The notes under the pieces were generated by a model that saw only the letters and a program-made list of their open reading frames with translations, was not told where the DNA came from and made no database searches. From contig JBHGNT010000004.1 in assembly GCA_043228905.1 (NCBI GenBank), positions 11,160,001-11,224,000 on the forward strand: 64,000 bases of DNA. Direction: 5' to 3'. Shown piece after piece: positions 37,570 to 49,629 of this stretch; the first letter of the stretch is position 1, and every line of letters starts with the position of its first letter. A program made the translations under genes and the position numbers. This DNA is from Azolla caroliniana. Its lineage: Eukaryota; Plantae; Polypodiophyta.

Positions 37570-38005
37570 GGGCGATGGGGATTCTAGAGCCATCAAACGC
37601 TCTGTACTGGAATCAATGGTTTACGGTTCCGAAGAAGAATGGGTCACTCTAGTTTATTCAAGATTTGCAACCGGTGAACAAGCTCACGATCTGGAACTCC
37701 GTAGTCGGTCCAATAGTGGACCAATTTGCGGAAGCATTTGCCGGTCGCGTGATATACTCCATCAAAAACCTATACTCCGGGTATGACCAATTCCAACTAG
37801 CCGTGGAGAGCCAAGACATCACTACCATGTGGACACCAATAGGATTAGTCCGGATGTGCATGCTACCAGAAGCCGCGATGAACTCGGTCGCACATATGAT
37901 GAATGCGATGAACAAGGTCCTCCCGGAATGCATTCTGGAGATAACGATTCCATTTCTAGATGAGATTCCGATAGAAGGATGTGCGGTGGAAGAAAAAGAT
38001 GTGGA
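37570..38005 (+). pseudogene. Isolated RT fragment of the Trp-primed gypsy lineage
   Basis: GILEPS...WFTVPKKNG, QFAEAFAGR...YSGYDQFQL and PFLDEIPIEG match the RT of copy D. Confidence 0.85.
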
Positions 38006-38770
38006 CTGACAAGCTCAACATTGGGTGCGTAACACGGTGCGTAGACTGGGTGCGTAAAACAGTACGCATAACGTGGCCGTATCGGTGTGTAAATAGAACT
38101 TAGTTGTCTGCTCTCTCTCTCTCTCTCTCTCCATCTTCATCTCCATATCTGCGTTTTCTGTGTTTTTTACCAAACGGTCATTCTCCGAACTATGTACTCT
38201 GTGTTTCGCATACGCTTCCGCACACGTATTCTTTTACATGGTATCAGAGCGCGAGGGTTGAAGTTCCCTGCAGCCAACATAAAAGCTTGCGACAGAGACA
38301 TAGTTGAGTTGGTATTCTTGGCTTTCGGAAAAGATAAGATAGCAACATGGACAGAGGAAGCTCGCTACCAACTGAGAAGCTCGACAGGAGCAACTACGCA
38401 TCTTGGTTGTACAAGACGCACTAGTACCTGCTTGGTCATGGCTACTGGAGTTATGTTGAAGGAGATAATGATACAACACCCGAATTGACACACAAGGATT
38501 TTTCGTCTTGGGAACAGGCGGCAAGTAGAGTTCTCTTCTGCTTTGCGTCCTGTGTGAGCAACCAGCTATTGAGCCATATTCGGGATGCCAAAACGCGAAA
38601 GGACGCATGGGCAAATCTCAAGAAGATTTTCGCCACTAGCACCACAGCTAGGAAGCTTCAACCCAGGCAGGGAACAACAGGGGGAGTCATGGCACTGGAA
38701 GCTGGCAAGAGAAGGCCGCGACAGAATGCTGGTATTGTGGCAAGAAAGGTCACAAGGAGAGCAAGTGTTG
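38006..38770 (+). mobile_element. Ty1/copia fragment: partial LTR, tRNA-iMet PBS and gag relic
   Basis: ...TTACA TGGTATCAGAGC at 38239-38250; gag similar to 39409-39855; CWYCGKKGH knuckle remnant. Confidence 0.8.
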
Positions 38771-40681
38771 TCCACCGGAATAGTAACCGACGGCCAAAAG
38801 CGTAGGAATAAGAAACTATATAAAGCATAACGTATGTAACGGTTCACGTGGGGAAGCGTGAACGGCTAATTAGACCCTGCATATATAAAGGGCAGAAAAC
38901 CTCTTAAGGAGGTGCGTGTAAATTTTGGGAAATGTAAAATGTTGAGAGACAAGCTCAACATCGGTTGGATCGGCTGAAGAAGCCGAGGACCAGATCGGTT
39001 AGGACCGATCGGTTAGGCCGAGTGCGTAAACCGGGAGGTCGTTAGGAAAGATATTCCGTGAGGAATATATTTGGGAGTTAGTGTAGGGGCTCTTGATGAG
39101 CATTGAAGTACTGTCAGTACTTCGGTCAATCCTTTTAGGACTTGTCTAAAAGTTCTCACTGAGCACGTCTTATGTACAGAGATTGAGTGTTATTGTTGAA
39201 TATAGTTTTTTGTGTTTCTCTCTGTCTCTCCTGCGTATACCGTATAAGCCTAAGCTCTCCATTGAACCTGAGTTTCCTTCCTCTGTTCTATCTTCATACC
39301 TGCTTCCGCACGCTACTTTCTACATGGTATCAGAGCGCGAGGGTTGAGAACCTCTGTGCAGCCGACACAGCTTGACGAAGAAGAACAAGAAGAACGATGG
39401 ATAGAGGCATGGCGAGCTCGCTTCCAACAGAGAAGCTCGACAGAACCAACTATGCGTCTTGGTCCTACAAGATGCACCAGTACCTGCTCGGGCACGGCTA
39501 CTGGAGTTATGTCGAAGGAGCTAATGACGCGGCACCCGAATCGACACACAAAGACTTCCCGTCGTGGGAGCAATCAGCAAGCAGGGTACTATACTGCTTC
39601 GCGTCGTGTGTGGGCGAACAACTATTGAGCTATGTTCAGGATGCAAAGACGCCGAAGGGTGCGTGGGAAAATCTGAAGAAGATTTTCGCCGCGAGCACCA
39701 CAGCCAGGAAGCTTCAGCTCCAACAGGAGTTGAGCAACCTACGACAACGCGACTTGTCGGTGGCGGACTATACCTCGAAGATCAAGGATATCTGCGACTC
39801 CCTCGCCTTCATAGAGGTGAAAATCGAGGAGAGCGAGATGGTCCAGATCTGTACCTTTAAAAACCGATACAACCGGGAGTAGTCGTAACAGGAGACGACA
39901 CTCCACATCTAATCGCGAATGTCGGAGAAGTTCCCCTTAGCCATGTCGGGCAGAAAGGGAAACTCAAGAACGTGTTGCACGTTCCGACAATCACGAAGAA
40001 CTTGGTCTCGGTCGGACAGATCGTCGACCAAGGGATGGAGGTTCGGTTTACACACCTCGGGTGCTTCATTGAGGAAGAAGGCCGAGTGATTGCGCAAGGG
40101 CGCCGAGACGGGAGGATGTTCATCCTCGATTCCACTGACGGTGGCACCGCAATGTTCGCGAAGGGACAAAAAGCCGAGTCGGACATCGACTTGTGGCACA
40201 AGCGGATAGGCCACGTCAACTACCAGCAGCTTCAAGATCTGCAATCGAAACAGGTAGTGTTCGGATTGCCCAAGTTTAGTGGCTGAAAGGCACAAATTTG
40301 TGAAGCCTGCCAGCTCGGGAAGCAACACCGACTTCCTTTCCCCAACGAGCGAAACCGGAGCCAGAACAAGCTCGACCTTATACACTCGGATGTGTGGGGA
40401 CCGGCACAAAACGTTAGTCTTGGCGGGAGCCAATATTTCGTCTCCTTCATCGACGACCACACGCGGCACACATGGATCTACCTCATTGAGAGGAAGAGCG
40501 AAGTCTTCGACTGTTTCCAGGACCTCAAGGAGTTCGTGGAAACCGAAACGGAACGAAAGATCAAGTGCCTGCGGTCGGATGGCGGGAAAGAGTACTTTTC
40601 CGGTCAATTCAACGGTTATCTACAACAAATGGGAATTCGGCGCGAATTCAGTTGTAGATACACGCCGGAGCAGAACGGCGT
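38771..40681 (+). mobile_element. Ty1/copia fragment: LTR to 39324, iMet PBS, partial gag and integrase
   Basis: TGGTATCAGAGC at 39325-39336; EKLDRTNYASW (gag), VLHVP..KNLVSV, LWHKRIGH, CEACQLGKQ, FIDDHTR, LRSDGGKEY, PEQNGV; cut by the LTR at 40682. Left boundary approximate. Confidence 0.85.
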
Positions 40682-41759
40682 TGTCGTGAAGTACGAAAGC
40701 TTCACATTAAAAGTCTACAATAAGATAAATACGTAACTAAAATAACATTTGATAATGTTTTATAACAACACATATGATAATATTATATATATGTAAAGAA
40801 AAATAATATATATATATATAGATAAATATATTATATTACATGAACAAGAGAGGACTTGAACCAATAACCCCACCCTATGACTCTCAAATCTTACCATTTA
40901 CTCTATACTAGTAATATACATAAAATAAAGCATACTTTATATTACATAAAGGATTTGCTTCATGATATAAAAATAAAGTTGTATGTTGTATTCAATAGCA
41001 TTTTGAGACTCAAACCCACAACCTCATACACCAAAGTTGACACACCTACCATTAGGCTAGGCCCTTTCTCTTTAAGATTATGTTTTCATGTTTATTGTTA
41101 TTGCATATATTGTTTCATACATAAAAACTCAAATGAGCGAGATGTTTATCATGCATCACATGTAATGCATGAACGCCAAATGGCGATCATGCATCACATG
41201 CATTTCATGCATTACATGCATGACTTGTACCCTCTAATGCATCATATGCATGGGGGCACCTATTTAAATGGTGAAAGAGAAGATCAAAGGGAGATATGTA
41301 TGAGATATCAATCAAATTATATATTTCATAAGAGATACCATAAAAATAGAGAAAGAAGGGAAGAAGTTTAACATAAACGTGGAGCTCTAGCTTGGCGGTT
41401 GTGGTGGTCAACTCTCAACAAGAGGGAGGCGGTTCGAGCCTTATCTTCATCAAAATATTGAAGTGAAGATTGTAATGGTTTACGATCAAGAAAGAGAAGA
41501 GCGATTACCTTGCAAGACAAAGTTCGGAGGTTCAATGATGTGCACAATCATTTTGTAACTCTTTTATCAAATAATTATAAATCTCTTTTATTGCTTCAAA
41601 TATCATTCTATATCCTATCTTGTCATATCTTGTTGATCACTATTTATCTATCTCTACTCTTTCGTCTCTTCCGTCCATAATCCCAGTGATTCCTTCCTCA
41701 CTTTCACGATATCTTTTGTCTACGCAACGCTACGCTTCTAGGTGAGCCACGCCACGACA
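40682..41759 (+). repeat. 5' LTR of gypsy copy B
   Basis: TGTCGTG...CACGACA. Termini and U5 resemble the copy A LTR; central U3 is divergent. Confidence 0.9.
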
Positions 41760-41826
41760 CAATTTGGTGAACCCGACGTGAAACGGGGAAGTAGAAGAGA
41801 CATCTAAAGTAAAGATCAACATCAAC

Positions 41827-44001
41827 ATGGCAAGTACGAGTACAATGGATCCGGTAATGTTGTTTATTGAAAAGTTGAATCAAGATCGATTATTTCATGC
41901 CTTACGAGAAGTCCGAGAGAAGATTGGTATGTTTGATGGCACAAATATTTCGAAGTATGTGAATATATATTATGATGAAATGGAAATGTCTGGTATAAAT
42001 GATGTCAATATGATAGCAAACTTTTATAAATTAGTGGACATGGAATTAAGAGATAGAATTCATGAAATACAAGCATTGCATAGTTTGGATTGGAATGCAT
42101 TCAAAGAAGAACTTGTGTCTGAATATGCTCGTGAGGATTTCTCTCGAGTTACTATGCGTTCATTTCATGAATGGATCTTAAAAGAAGATAAAGGGTTATC
42201 TGTGGCTGACACAAAAAAAGAGTTTGATAGGATGTATGGACACTTAAAGCCAGAAGAAAGAAATTCTTTGTCTTGGCAAAAGGTTGCTTTATTTTTGCAG
42301 GCAGTTGACAAGAGATATAGAAAAGAATTGGAATTCATGCTTGAAGTACCAAATACTGAGGATGGTATAACTGCAAATTGGAATGAGGTAACAAATGCTT
42401 GTATTAAATTTATGAAAAGAATGCAAAGGAATGGTGCAATGCTACAAATACCACATGTGGGAATCACAAATCGGCTTGAGCAAAACATCAAAGTTCAAAG
42501 ACTTGGTCGAGAACCATCACAAGAAATGGTCCATCAACCACGAGAAATGATCGAAACTAAGAGTGAGTCTTTGCTTGATGATTTAGTTCAAAGTATGAAA
42601 GATCTAACAATTAAAGTGGCAAAGCTTGAGAATGGTCAGACTTCGAGGTCAAGGGAACCATTTCGACCTCGATGCATGTGGTGTGATAGTCTCGAACATC
42701 GATTACGTGATTGTGCGGAATATAAAGACATGGAAAATCGAGACTTCGTCTATAGGAAAAATGGTAACATTTATTTAACTGAAACTAGAAGTCCACTTAC
42801 AAAGAACTTTGGTGATGGTGGTGTTAAGGTTAAATTTGAAGAAGCTGAAGCAAAGAAGGCTTCCGCAATGTACTACTCGGCAACGGCAGGAATGCGCCTC
42901 GATGACATGCCATCTCGGTCATCATTCCGGGAGAAGGTTGTAAGTACCGCACAAAAGCAAAAGATGAAGATGGAAGACCTTCGTGTTGCCGGAGATTCTG
43001 TAAGGAAAAACACTGGATGGGATGTTCCAGTAGATGCTATGACGGTCTATGCTCAGATGGCAAAACACCAAGATCATGAGGTGATAGTGGAAGAAAAAAG
43101 GAAAAGATCGGATGATGAGATTGGCTCAACCAAAAAGCATGAAACAAGAGAAAGCAAAAGAAAAGAGATGGACGCAAAAGTTGAAAAAGGTAAATCTGGT
43201 CCTTCATTCAAATTAATGTCTGATATTGAAAAGGATACAGATTTAAAGAAAGTTCTAGAAACAAGAATACTAGACAGTCGAGTAGAATTTACACTAAGAG
43301 AAGTGTTAGGTATTGCAAAAAAGGAATTTCATGATGAAATAATTGATATTGTGCGACGAAAGAAGCAAGTAAATGAGCAGGTTAAAGAGACAAATGCGAA
43401 GGTGGCATATGAAGTGGTGAGCAACGAGTCAAACAATATCGTTGTTGACTCTCAACATGCATCAACCTCAATGATAAATTCAACTAATGTAAGAAGCCAT
43501 TACTCTCGCAAATGTTGGGCAAGAGCCACTACTAAGCATCATGTGAAGATTGGAAATGTTCCAGACCCCGTGATGGCACTTATTGATCATGGTTCTGAAA
43601 TAAATATAATGAGTGCTGATTTTTACAGGAAAGGTAGATGGCCAATTGATACTCAACATGGTTGGCGAGTAAAAGTTGCCACATCAGTCACGGAAGATTT
43701 ATTTGGTGCATGCCCAAATGTAAAGGTTACTATTGGTGATATAGAGGTAGATCAACATTTCTTTGTGCAGGAAGGATCTACCTATCCAATAATCCTAGGG
43801 CAACCATACATTACAGCGGTACGAATGGAGACCAAAGTCCTCGACAATGGTTCTGCCTATGCGAAAATCCGTAGCCAAGATGGACGAAGAACTGTACAAT
43901 TTATGACAGTTCGCCCAAATCATGAGAGGAACAAGCAAGAGCTTCGTGATCATTTAATACCAAAAGACTGTGATGATTTTGATAATCAAGATTTTGACTA
44001 G
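41827..44001 (+). CDS. Gag-protease polyprotein of gypsy copy B (uninterrupted, 724 aa)
   Basis: CMWCDSLEHRLRDC knuckle, ALIDHGSEIN...IILGQP protease; ATG about 45 nt after the PBS. Confidence 0.9.
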   Translation: MASTSTMDPVMLFIEKLNQDRLFHALREVREKIGMFDGTNISKYVNIYYDEMEMSGINDVNMIANFYKLVDMELRDRIHEIQALHSLDWNAFKEELVSEYAREDFSRVTMRSFHEWILKEDKGLSVADTKKEFDRMYGHLKPEERNSLSWQKVALFLQAVDKRYRKELEFMLEVPNTEDGITANWNEVTNACIKFMKRMQRNGAMLQIPHVGITNRLEQNIKVQRLGREPSQEMVHQPREMIETKSESLLDDLVQSMKDLTIKVAKLENGQTSRSREPFRPRCMWCDSLEHRLRDCAEYKDMENRDFVYRKNGNIYLTETRSPLTKNFGDGGVKVKFEEAEAKKASAMYYSATAGMRLDDMPSRSSFREKVVSTAQKQKMKMEDLRVAGDSVRKNTGWDVPVDAMTVYAQMAKHQDHEVIVEEKRKRSDDEIGSTKKHETRESKRKEMDAKVEKGKSGPSFKLMSDIEKDTDLKKVLETRILDSRVEFTLREVLGIAKKEFHDEIIDIVRRKKQVNEQVKETNAKVAYEVVSNESNNIVVDSQHASTSMINSTNVRSHYSRKCWARATTKHHVKIGNVPDPVMALIDHGSEINIMSADFYRKGRWPIDTQHGWRVKVATSVTEDLFGACPNVKVTIGDIEVDQHFFVQEGSTYPIILGQPYITAVRMETKVLDNGSAYAKIRSQDGRRTVQFMTVRPNHERNKQELRDHLIPKDCDDFDNQDFD

Positions 44002-46811
44002 GACTGTTGCGAGTGAGGGTTGCAATAGTCCCATTATTAAAAGACCCTCATATAGGGCATTACAACATATGAATAAGTCATTTCATGTTTCTGAAAGTGG
44101 TGCTATATGTGTGACTAGGATGTATGAATGCAAGAGGAACTTGAAAAAGAATGCTAATCTGTTAGCAGGCATTGAAGGATAATGGAGTACTTGAAATGGA
44201 AGAGCAGATTGAAAGTGTTATGGAAGAAATTTCTTTTGCAAATACTTTAGAAGAGTTAGAAATGTATTTGAAAGAAGATGATGAGAATGTTAGAAAGATA
44301 CATGTAAACTCAATTGATATGTATTATGAGATTGATAGGTATAATTGTAAATATGAAGAAGTAGAAAGTTTATGTAATACAAAATACAAAACAATAGATA
44401 AAAAGGTCAAACCTGCTGCAGTACCATTACCTATTGGTAGTGAAGAGAAGATGGAGGCAGCAGCAACTGAGCCTATGCTTCGACCAATAGAGAAGATTGG
44501 ACATCACTTCACTTCGGAGACAATAAATAACTTGAGAATCGGAAGGGGTGAATTTCTTCTGCAATCAGAGATCGCGACTTTCAAAGAAATGATCTTTAGG
44601 CATGGGAAAGCGTTCGCATTCAAAGCTGAGGAGATTGGTTGTGTAAATCCAAAGGTGGTGACGCCAATGGTAATATTTACTATCCCTCATATTCGTTGGA
44701 ATTTTAAACCTATTGCAGTACCGAGAGCTCAATTACCTCAATTGTGGGAGCTGCTGAAGGATAAAGTCAAGATGAAGAATTTAGAGCCTTCAAATGCACC
44801 ATACTCCAATAGATGGTTCACAGTTCCAAAGAAAGATGGTTCTCTAAGATTCATTCAAGATCTACAACCGGTCAACAAGGTCACAATCCGAAATGCGGGA
44901 ATCGGACCGATCGTTGATGAATTTGCGGAAGCGTTTGCTGGAAGAGCGATTTACTCTGTGGGAAACCTATATTCAGGATACGACCAATTTCAACTAGCAA
45001 TTGATAGTCGCAATATCACAACAATGAAAACACCAATTGGGTTGGTTCGAATGTGCACTCTACCTCAAGGTGCGACAAATTCAGTTGCTCATATGATGAA
45101 TGCAATGAACAAGGTTCTACATGAGTACATCCCAAAGGTAACTATGCCATTTTTAGATGATATTCCTATTAAGGGATGCTTAGAAAGAGAGAAAGATGAG
45201 ACTATGGTTGGAAATGGTTGCAGAAAGTTTGTGATGGATCACATTAATGACTGTGAAAGTATTTTAAATAAGCTTGAGCAAGTACACTATCAGGAACAAA
45301 GTCTTGCTTTGGGCAAAACGAAGTTCTAATAGTTGGTCATATGTGTGGGTGGTATGGGAGGAAGCCTTCACCGATCAAAATTAATGCAATACAAAATATG
45401 AAGGAAGTTTGCGACTCGGTAACAGAGGTGAGAAGATTTTTGGGTGCATGTGTGTTTTATCATATTTGGTTACCACACTTTGCACATGTCTCAGATCCTC
45501 TCTACCAACTTTTAAGAAAAGGAAAGACGTTTATTTGGACTGATGAACATACACAAGTTGTTCAACAGCTGAAAGAAGCATTACTGAAAGCACCAGTTCT
45601 TCGTCAACCAGACTACAAAGGTGAAAGACCAATTATAGTAACAGTTGATACTAGCCCAATCGGGATCGGTTGGGTTATCAACCAAGAAGATGAAGGCCAA
45701 CATCGATATGCTATTAGATTTGGAGCAAAGATATTAAATGAAAGACAAAGAAACTATGCACAAGTTAAACGAGAATTGTGGGGTTTGCTTACTGCATTAA
45801 AAACAGATAGAGATTACTTGATCGGAGCAGATGTAGTGGTTGAAACAGATTGTTTGCCACTCATTGGAATGGTAGCAAGTTGCACAACACCAGATATTGC
45901 AATGCTTCGGTGGATTGCATACATCAGAACCATGAACCCAGAATTGCGGCATATAAAGGGAAAAGACAACCCAGTTGCAGATATGCTGTCAAGGGCAAGG
46001 TTCATAAATGAAAAGGTGATGGAAACTGAAGATAAGAACTGGGCAACTACAAGCCATCAATTTGCTCATCAAGAATCTATTACGCCTCATGATGAGTTTA
46101 ATGTAAGTATAATGTTCAAAGACACAGAGTATGAAGGTCAATGGTTAGAAATAGGAAATTTTCTAAAGACTCAAGAAGCCAACCCATCATGGTCGAAGAA
46201 ACAATTAAATGAATTTCGAAGACGAGCATTCAAGTTTTTTTTACATGAAGGGCATTTATGGAGGCGTCCAAAAAGGCCAACCGAAAATCCTCTTCGAGTC
46301 ATTTGTAAGGATGACATTAAGAGAAAATTAATTAATGAATTCCATGATAGTTTGTGGGCAGGACATAGAGGCATATGGGCGACATTTATGAAGTTGAAAG
46401 AAAAGTATTGGTGGCCACATATGTATAAAGATGTAATGAAATTTGTGGAAACTTGTGAAATATGTCAAAGGTATTCAACTATTTGATATCGAGATGAGCT
46501 AAAACCAACATATTCATCATCAATGCATTAAAAATGGATGGTTGATCTAGTGACAATGCTACTTGGAGAAAGTCAAATGCGATATTTAGTACTAGCAAGA
46601 GAAGACCTTACAAACCAAGTAGAAGGAAGACCACTACGAGAAAAAACAACTAGAGTTGTATGTAAATTTTTGTTAGAAGATGTAATATGTCATTATGGGT
46701 GTGTTGGTAAAATAATTGCAGATAGAGGAGAACTTGACTCTGATGAAGCTAGAGAATTCTTCAGCCGGATTGGGGTCAAATTATCGCTTACAACTACGTA
46801 TAATCCAAAAG
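44001..46811 (+). pseudogene. Disrupted pol of gypsy copy B
   Basis: ORFs 44172-45329 (RT, FLDD), 45341-46486 (RT, RNase H, HHCC) and 46538-46819 (integrase core, truncated). Confidence 0.9.
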
Positions 46812-46825
46812 CCGGATAGCTACGT

Positions 46826-47852
46826 TGTCGTGAAGTATGAAAGCTTCACATTAAAAGTCTACAATAGGATAAATACATAATGAAAATAAAATAAACCTTT
46901 ATAATGTTAATAGCATACTATGATAATATTATACATTATATGTAGAGACTAAAAAATATATATCTATTATATTACATGGGCATGAGAAGACTTGAACTAA
47001 TAAACCCTACCTTATGACACTCAAAGGTTACCATTTAGCCTATACTAATCATTTACAAAATAATATATGATTTGAAGTAGTATTTTATAGTCTAAACCAT
47101 GTAATATAATACATGCACAGAATTACATGGGCAAAAGAGGACTTGAACCAACAACCTCAACCTTATGGCATTCACACCTTACCATTTAGCCTATACTTAT
47201 AATGTATGTAAATATATGTCTTGTTTTCATTTTAACTAGTATTATATGGTTAAACCATCAAACGTGCTACATGTGCACCATATTAGCACACATGCAAGAG
47301 CCTCTCTGCATGTGCGCCACATGGCCCACATGTAGAACCATCTCTTCCCTATAAAAGGAGAAGGAAGTATAGCCAAAGGGAAGCCAAGAAATAAGATGGA
47401 AATGATTATATTGGATCTAGAGAAAGATATATTGTAATAGAGAAAGAGAGAGAGAAAGGCATTCTTAAAAGAGAAAAGAAGAACTAGCTTGGTGGTGGTG
47501 GTCCTTAACTTGCAACGGAAGGGTGACGGTTCGAGTCTTATACTTGTCGAGAGATTGAAGGGAAGACTATGGTCTACCATCAAGAAAGAGAAGAGCAATT
47601 ACCTTGTGAGACAAAGCTCGAAGGTTCAACGATGCTCGCAATCATTTTGTAACTCATTCATCAAATAATTATAAGTTTCTTTCATTCCTTCAAATATAAT
47701 TCTATATCCCATCTTGTCATATCTTGTTGATCTCTATTTACTCTCTCTACTCTTTCGTCTCTTCCGTCTATAATCCCAATTATTCCTTCCTCACTTTCAC
47801 GATATCTTTTGTCTACGCAACGATACGCTTCTAGGCGAGCCACGCCACGACA
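46826..47852 (+). repeat. LTR of the copy A subfamily (3' LTR or duplicated solo LTR)
   Basis: Near-identical to 26288-27273; flanked by ACGT/ATGT; no PPT upstream. Confidence 0.9.
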
Positions 47853-48924
47853 ATGTCGGTTCGGTCCCCGGTCGCGTATCGGATATGGAACAGTACCCGG
47901 ATCAGAGCGGAGTAGCTCACAGGCCTGAGGGGGTCTATCTTTCATCGCCAGGATGCTAGGGAGCAGCAGCAAGCACATAGGCTCACAAACTCGTACATGC
48001 ACGCAACAGATTCAGGACGGGAATACAACCCGAGCTTAGAGCACGACCAACACATGACAAATAGGAGTCACGCAGGAACCCCAACAAAGGGGACTCAGCA
48101 AACTAATGATTAACATAGAATCCAAAGAGTATAACCGAGCGCAACTGGCAACAACGCTTAGCGCTCTCAAGAGAGACGCACACACACACACACACATACA
48201 CCGGGAGACATGATAAAGAATCTCTGGTCGAGAGCATAGGGGCTGCCAACGCAAGAAGAGACTTCCTCTCCTTGTTCGAAATGGTGCAGAGCACAAGACG
48301 GGAAGAGAGAGAGAGGGGTAGAGAACTCGGCGCTCAATCCAACAACACTTCCTCCTCCTAATTCCTGAATCCCTATCTCAATCTTCTCTCCCTCCCTTTA
48401 TAGCTCAAGGAGAGAGAGAGTTGTTACATCAGGTAGTTAAGTCAGCCGCTTGCGACAGGGATTTTCCACGATTCCCTCACGTCAAACTCCTAAATTCCTT
48501 GCTATCCATGCGGGTCTTTAAAGTGCCCATTAAACCCTACTACCTAGTAATTACTAGTCCTATGTTATTACATGTTTCACACATAAATGCTAAACTTTGT
48601 ACATCCGTGTAGACACCCATTCCCGCGCGTCTCGCTCAGTTTCCCTCTGTAGCCAGACTCCTTCACGACAGCGCTAAAGAATATCAATCCGTTTTCTCAT
48701 AGTTGCAATGCTTGAAAGAGAAGTTTCTCGCATTGGAACAAACAATTCCCTTGAGCATTTCTAAAAACACGCCTTCATTGTACAAGTCATTCATTAATTG
48801 TACATGGACAATCCTATAATCATAGAACGTAATATTCGTGTTCGTGCAAGCATTCAAACGTTTGAAAACGAACACATTTGAAAAGGGAAAAATACATATT
48901 CCTTTTTTTTCATTAATTGTCATT

Positions 48925-49520
48925 GCAAATTTAGCTCACCCTAGTGGTAAGGAGTCATGCTATTGTTGTCTATGTCTTGGGTTTGATTCCCAATTTTCTC
49001 ATCTCTCTCTCATTAGTACCATGTCATAGCAAAATTTTATGTTAGTAAGTGTTATAATAGTTTTTTGTTTTTATTTTTTTATCTAGAAGTTGTCATGCTA
49101 CTATTACGTGTCTTGGGTTCAATTCCTAACTTTCTCATATCCTCTTGTTAGTGTAATGGCAATATTTTATGTTAATGTCATTTTCCTTTTTCTTTTTTTT
49201 CTTTCTTTATTTGTTATTAGAAATTAGCTTACCCGAGTGGTAAGTTGTTATGCTACTACTGCCTATGTCATGGCAAAATTTTATGTTAGTGTCATGTTCC
49301 TTCTTCTTCTTTTTTCTTTCTTTCTTTCTTATTAGAAATTAGGTCACCCTAGTGGTAAGTTGTTATGCTACTACTGCCTATGTCATGTTTTCTTCATATT
49401 CTCGAATATAAGTTTTATGAGTTTTTTATCATTTCTTTCTTTCTTTCTTTCTTTGTTATTAGAAATTAGCTCACCCTAGTGGTAAGTTGTTATGCTACTA
49501 TTGCCTATGTCATGTTTTCT
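48925..49520 (+). repeat. Degenerate tandem repeat (about 115-140 bp units) with tRNA/SINE-like head
   Basis: Repeated AAATTAGCTCACCCTAGTGGTAAG...ATGCTACTA..GCCTATGTC units separated by T/C-rich tracts; first units have TTGGG-TTYRATT-CCYAA hairpins. Confidence 0.7.
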
Positions 49521-49629
49521 TCATATTCTCGAATATACATTTTATGAGTTTTTGAACGTTTGATTATAATTTATAATGACATATTTTGATTCAATCTCTA
49601 TAGTTCATACTCATTTTTTTGTAAAGTTC

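Larger units (their letters stand above)
40682..46811 (+). mobile_element. Ty3/gypsy tRNA-Trp-primed element (copy B, AT-rich subfamily), truncated in integrase
   Basis: LTR 40682-41759, PBS 41765-41782, open gag-PR, disrupted pol ending at TTYNPK. Confidence 0.92.
26174..48670 (-). mobile_element. Solo LTR of the Trp-primed lineage, split into 26174-26287 and 47853-48670 by about 21.5 kb of nested material
   Basis: Right end CTTCACGACA is the family terminus; left end is decayed (TAACGTGG). TSD GCGT/GCGC. The flanks rejoin into one reading frame. Confidence 0.6.

Noticed and set aside
36791-37786. 331-aa plus-strand ORF
   Set aside because: Antisense to a Pro/Glu-rich gag repeat and crosses a rearrangement junction.
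40877-41371. 164-aa His/Met-rich ORF as a metal-binding protein
   Set aside because: It lies inside an LTR; the composition comes from CATG repeats and it is absent from the sister LTR.
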